NCBI GenBank assembly: GCA_964016885.1
Contig: OZ024743.1
Coordinates: forward strand, 175,150,001 to 175,214,000
Length of the DNA: 64,000 bases
Reading direction: 5' to 3'
DNA from: Eledone cirrhosa
Lineage: Eukaryota
The position numbers were made by a program, and so were the translations under genes. The notes under the pieces are model-generated. The model worked only from the letters and a program-made list of their open reading frames with translations, was not told where the DNA came from and searched no databases. Of the stretch, positions 60,164 through 64,000 are shown in pieces. Each line of letters starts with the position of its first letter. The stretch's first letter is position 1.

Positions 60164-61949
60164 TTACCTCTCTGCGTCCCGGGTATCGGGCTGCACAATT
60201 TCCATTAGTGTGGGGGATGGGTTGTTGGGTGGGGTGGTGGTTTGTGGAGGTGTAGGGGCATCAGTGTGTTGTGTGGTTGGGGAGTTTGGAGTTGTGTGGG
60301 TGTTTGGGGAGGGGGTGGGGTAGTTTTTTAGGAGGACGCGGTTAATGGGCCCGACGCAGGGGGGACCCACGTCCTCTTTAAAGTTGTTTTTTAAAGTTTT
60401 ATAGGTGTCCTGTGGGGCCTTAATCATTTTGAGGTGGGGGAAATCCCCTACCTGGGTGAAGTTAGGCCCTTGTGTTTTTATTAGATTGTTGTTGTACACA
60501 ATGTTTAACAGTTTTTTGTTTCTTGTGTTTATGTATGTGTATGCATGTTTTTGTTTTTGTGTGGTGTTTTTTGTTTGCTGTTGTTGTGAGCTCTTTTGTG
60601 TTGGTGTCAGTGTTATGTTTTGGGGAGGGGTTGTTTTCATTTGTGTGTCTGAGGTGTGTTTTCTTTTTTTTCTTTTTATTGTGTGGAAGTGCCCCTCCTC
60701 GTCTGACGACGAACTAGGGTCATCTTCCGCGCTGGAGGGGAGGGGTATATTTTCGGGTTATGTTTGCGGTGCGGGTGTTTTGGAAATTGTTTTTGTTTTT
60801 TGAGTGGGGGGGGGGGATGGGTTGGACATTGTTTTGTTTTGGTTGGAGCTGTGGTTGTTGTTTTTGTAGTGGTAGTTGTGGTGATTGTGTTGGTTGTGCA
60901 GTTGTTGGTGGTGTAGGCAGGATTGGGGTTTTCTTATTAAGTTGGGGACAGACAGCCCTCAGGTGACCTCTGGTTCCGCAGAGGTAACACGAGGGCCGCC
61001 TACCCTCAACGGTAATGTTGATGAAAGTTTGGTCATCCAGTATGACGCGTTCAGGGATCTGGGCGATCCTTTCGGGCCTCATTCGAACTACAAGTTCGAG
61101 GCTCGTTCCACTGAACGCGTCACCCGATGCCTTTCCCATGGACACCAGCGTGTCATCATCCAGGTCCAGGAAACCTGTCAAACCCACCATATGTCCATAA
61201 TCGGCAGGATGGTGTGGATTTTTATTTTTTGTGTTCTTCTACCCATGTACGTAGGGTAGAAGGTGTATGCGGTGGATGCGATTGGTTTGATGGACAGTTT
61301 CACTGCTGTGTCCCTGTCCTTCATGAGAATGGATAGACTCCCGTAGAGTCTATCCTTCTGAATGAAGGTGATGTCCTTCATGACGTCTTTTAAAACCAGC
61401 TCTATCTCACTCTGTGATGGTTGAGCTGGTTTTTTGCTTTTATTCGAGATTGTCCTAAACATGACAGTGCTTAGGAGTCTCTGGCTTTTTAGTTCCGGGG
61501 GGGGGGGGAATGGATCGTGAATGAACCATTTTGCCCGTACACTATATATTTTTTGGCATCTGCCAGTAGCTCCTTCGCTTTGGTTATATCTACTGGCAGA
61601 TAGTCGAGGGTTTTCCTTGCCGTCTCGGCGAAGGAGATTTTTTTTTGTTTGTGTTGCTGTTGTAGTTGGTGGTGTTGTTGTTATCATTGTTGTTGTTGTC
61701 ACAGTTATTGGTCTTGTTGTTAGTGTTGTTTTCGTCCGTCGCATTGTTGTTGTTGTTGCTGTTGCTGGTGCCGCTGGTTCTTTGTTTTGTTGCCATGGCA
61801 ACGTCAAGTTGTCGGTCAACAGGTGGAGAAAATCCTTCCTCTGGCTGACCTTTCTTTTTGACCTCTGCTACTGTGACAGTGGCAGGGGGAAGCTGTAAGC
61901 TTATCTTCCCCTTTCCTCCTTCGAATTTTGGTGAAGATGCTTCAGCCAT
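60164..61949 (-). pseudogene. ORF1 (zinc knuckle), frameshifted
   Basis: CYLCGTRGHLRAVC; KDRLYGSL and FKEDVGPP shared with the intact ORF1. Confidence 0.85.
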
Positions 61950-62773
61950 TTTTATCAAAATAGGATTTTTCGAAATTTTTCGAAAGATTAAATTTTTACA
62001 ACACTATTTCGCCTAAAGGCGTAGAATATTTTGAGAGACTGACCAGATCAAAGTTTGACCTGGCAGTCTCTCTACAAAATGGTACAAAAATGAAAGTTTA
62101 CAGTTCACAATTTCCAGATAAATTTAAACGAAACTTACCGAGCGAGCTCAGCACATGTGTCTATCCCAGATAGATAGATAGCAAGATAGATAGGTAGATA
62201 GATAGATAGATTTATTTATTTATTTACTTTATTTATTTATTTATTGATAGATAGATTGATAGATCGATGAACTATGACATTCTATCATAAATACTAAGCA
62301 AGTAAAAGAACGCTGTCTCTAGCCATGACATGACAATTCCACCATGACATGTTATTTGTAGTATTATATTTGTCATATCTTTTCTTCTTTTGATACATTA
62401 CAAATATGAAACACACACTTTAACAAGAAACAAAACAAAGTCGTCTGCCGATTTACATATTCTTATATATAATATTTTTGTCATAACTCTTCAAAAGAAA
62501 AACAGAACAATAAGAAGAACAGAAAAATAAGAAGAAAGTTAATGCGAGATATTCTTGAGTTTCTTTGGAAGAAATCTTAAATACATATTCATCACAGCAA
62601 AATATTTCTGTCTTATCCTCTTTTTTTTTTTTATCTCACCATTAGAAGAATAGAAAAATGTAGAAGATCGGCAGTAAACATTAATGAATATATATCTATA
62701 GCTTGAATTCGTTCGTCGTTTACGTTTGTTTTTCCCTGTGCATATTTGTTAATATTTATTATACTGGTAACCA

Positions 62774-62946
62774 GGGCGGTGGATTAGCAGTGTCGGTAGA
62801 GGATCGGACGCCATGCTTTGCAGCATAGAATTACGACCCTTTATGATCTGAATTCAAATCCTGCCGAGGTTAACTTTGCCTTTCATCCTTACTTGGTCGA
62901 TAAAATAAAGTACCAATCACGCACTAGGTAGATTTAATCGACATTC

Positions 62947-62978
<32 letters not shown>

Positions 62979-62997
62979 AAATTGCTGGCCTTGTGCC
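62774..62997 (+). mobile_element. tRNA-derived SINE, full length
   Basis: GGGCGGTGGATTAGCAGTGTCGG head, B-box-like ATTCAAATCC, tail GCTGGCCTTGTGCC. Confidence 0.85.
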
Positions 62998-63315
62998 TAT
63001 ATGAGAAACCATATAATAATACTGGTAACTGCTACGCACCCACATTTGATTTGATTCAACTAACGTTCACGTTTGCAACGACCATGATTGTGTTTTTAAA
63101 TACTCTTCACCTCTCTCCCTCCTTCCTTTTTGGCCGAAAGTCCCTTGTTTTCTTTCTTTCTTGCGTTACCTATTGCGCATATATCCTTGTCATTTTACAA
63201 GTTACATAGACTTCTTGAATGTTGTTTGAGTAGAGACACTTCTTTGTACTGTATATTTTCTGTTCAGTTTGTTTATGTGTTATCTTATGCAGCTCTCGGG
63301 CGCCTAAAAACATTA

Positions 63316-63346
<31 letters not shown>

Positions 63347-63347
63347 G

Positions 63348-63413
<66 letters not shown>

Positions 63414-63571
63414 TTTATGTCTTGTTATTCTGCAGTTTCGTCTGTTTTTCACAGGGTCATAAACAGGCCAAACTGGAGAGTAACAAGACTCAGGTTTTTA
63501 GCCTCAAATGAATATGAAAATATATCTACTTCGGTACTGAGTATTCCTTTCTCTCAGCCGTTAAACCCATG

Positions 63572-63647
<76 letters not shown>

Positions 63648-63671
63648 TATACATATATATATGTGTGTGTG

Positions 63672-64000
63672 TTGGTAAGGTCCACAAATACTTGGTAAAG
63701 TGAATGCTGCTCAACACACTTCTCCATAAGCTGACGGGCTGAGAAAATCATGTCCATAGTATCCCGCCCACCTCTGAATCCACACTGGGTCTCAGGGATG
63801 ACGCCAGGGCAGATCCATTTCATTAGACGATTCAGCAAGACCTTCGATAAGACCTTTCCTACCGATTCGAGTAGACTTATACCAAGATAATCACCGCATT
63901 CCGATTTGGCGCCTTTACAAAATTGCATGACAGGCTCACCATGCCATACAGATAAGGCTAGCTCATGAATAGCCATAGCAACATTTTCTCCTCAAAAGCG
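63672..64000 (-). pseudogene. RTE-clade LINE RT fragment (runs off the window edge)
   Basis: GISLLESVGKVL, PETQCGFRGGR, DMIFSARQLMEKC, FVDLT. Confidence 0.85.

Larger units (their letters stand above)
56490..62177 (-). mobile_element. Full-length decayed L1/Tx1-type LINE related to 27000-32799
   Basis: Frameshifted ORF1 and ORF2; 15-bp TSD ATAGCAAGATAGATA at 56475-56489 and 62178-62192; (GATA)n flank. Confidence 0.9.

Noticed and set aside
62774-62870. tRNA-like A and B boxes as tRNA genes
   Set aside because: They are SINE heads followed by a conserved body and tail; no cloverleaf.

Overview
Eukaryotic (animal) intergenic or intronic DNA, very rich in (TA)n, (TG)n and (GA)n microsatellites and retroelements. 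Repeat content suggests a cephalopod such as Octopus (inference). No host protein-coding exon could be supported; most listed ORFs are microsatellite translation artefacts. Contents: (1) an apparently intact 5.8 kb L1/Tx1-type LINE with ORF1, ORF2 and a 20-bp TSD, a decayed full-length relative and a 3' fragment; both full-length copies sit beside ATAGATA. (2) Several Penelope-like element (PLE) families with C-terminal GIY-YIG endonuclease, as tandem or inverted insertions in (TA)n. (3) RTE fragments, tRNA-derived SINEs, two non-autonomous Helitrons and Tc1/mariner MITEs. The hidden layer is RNA-structural: about 20 type I hammerhead ribozyme (HHR) motifs, intact or decayed, from about 10 families, four of which have the U3-A8 core variant. 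Three non-coding, terminally redundant 439-518 bp units carry one HHR each (retrozyme-like), two with octamer motifs upstream. A bulged hairpin recurs in the terminal tails of several unrelated families. All structures were folded by eye.
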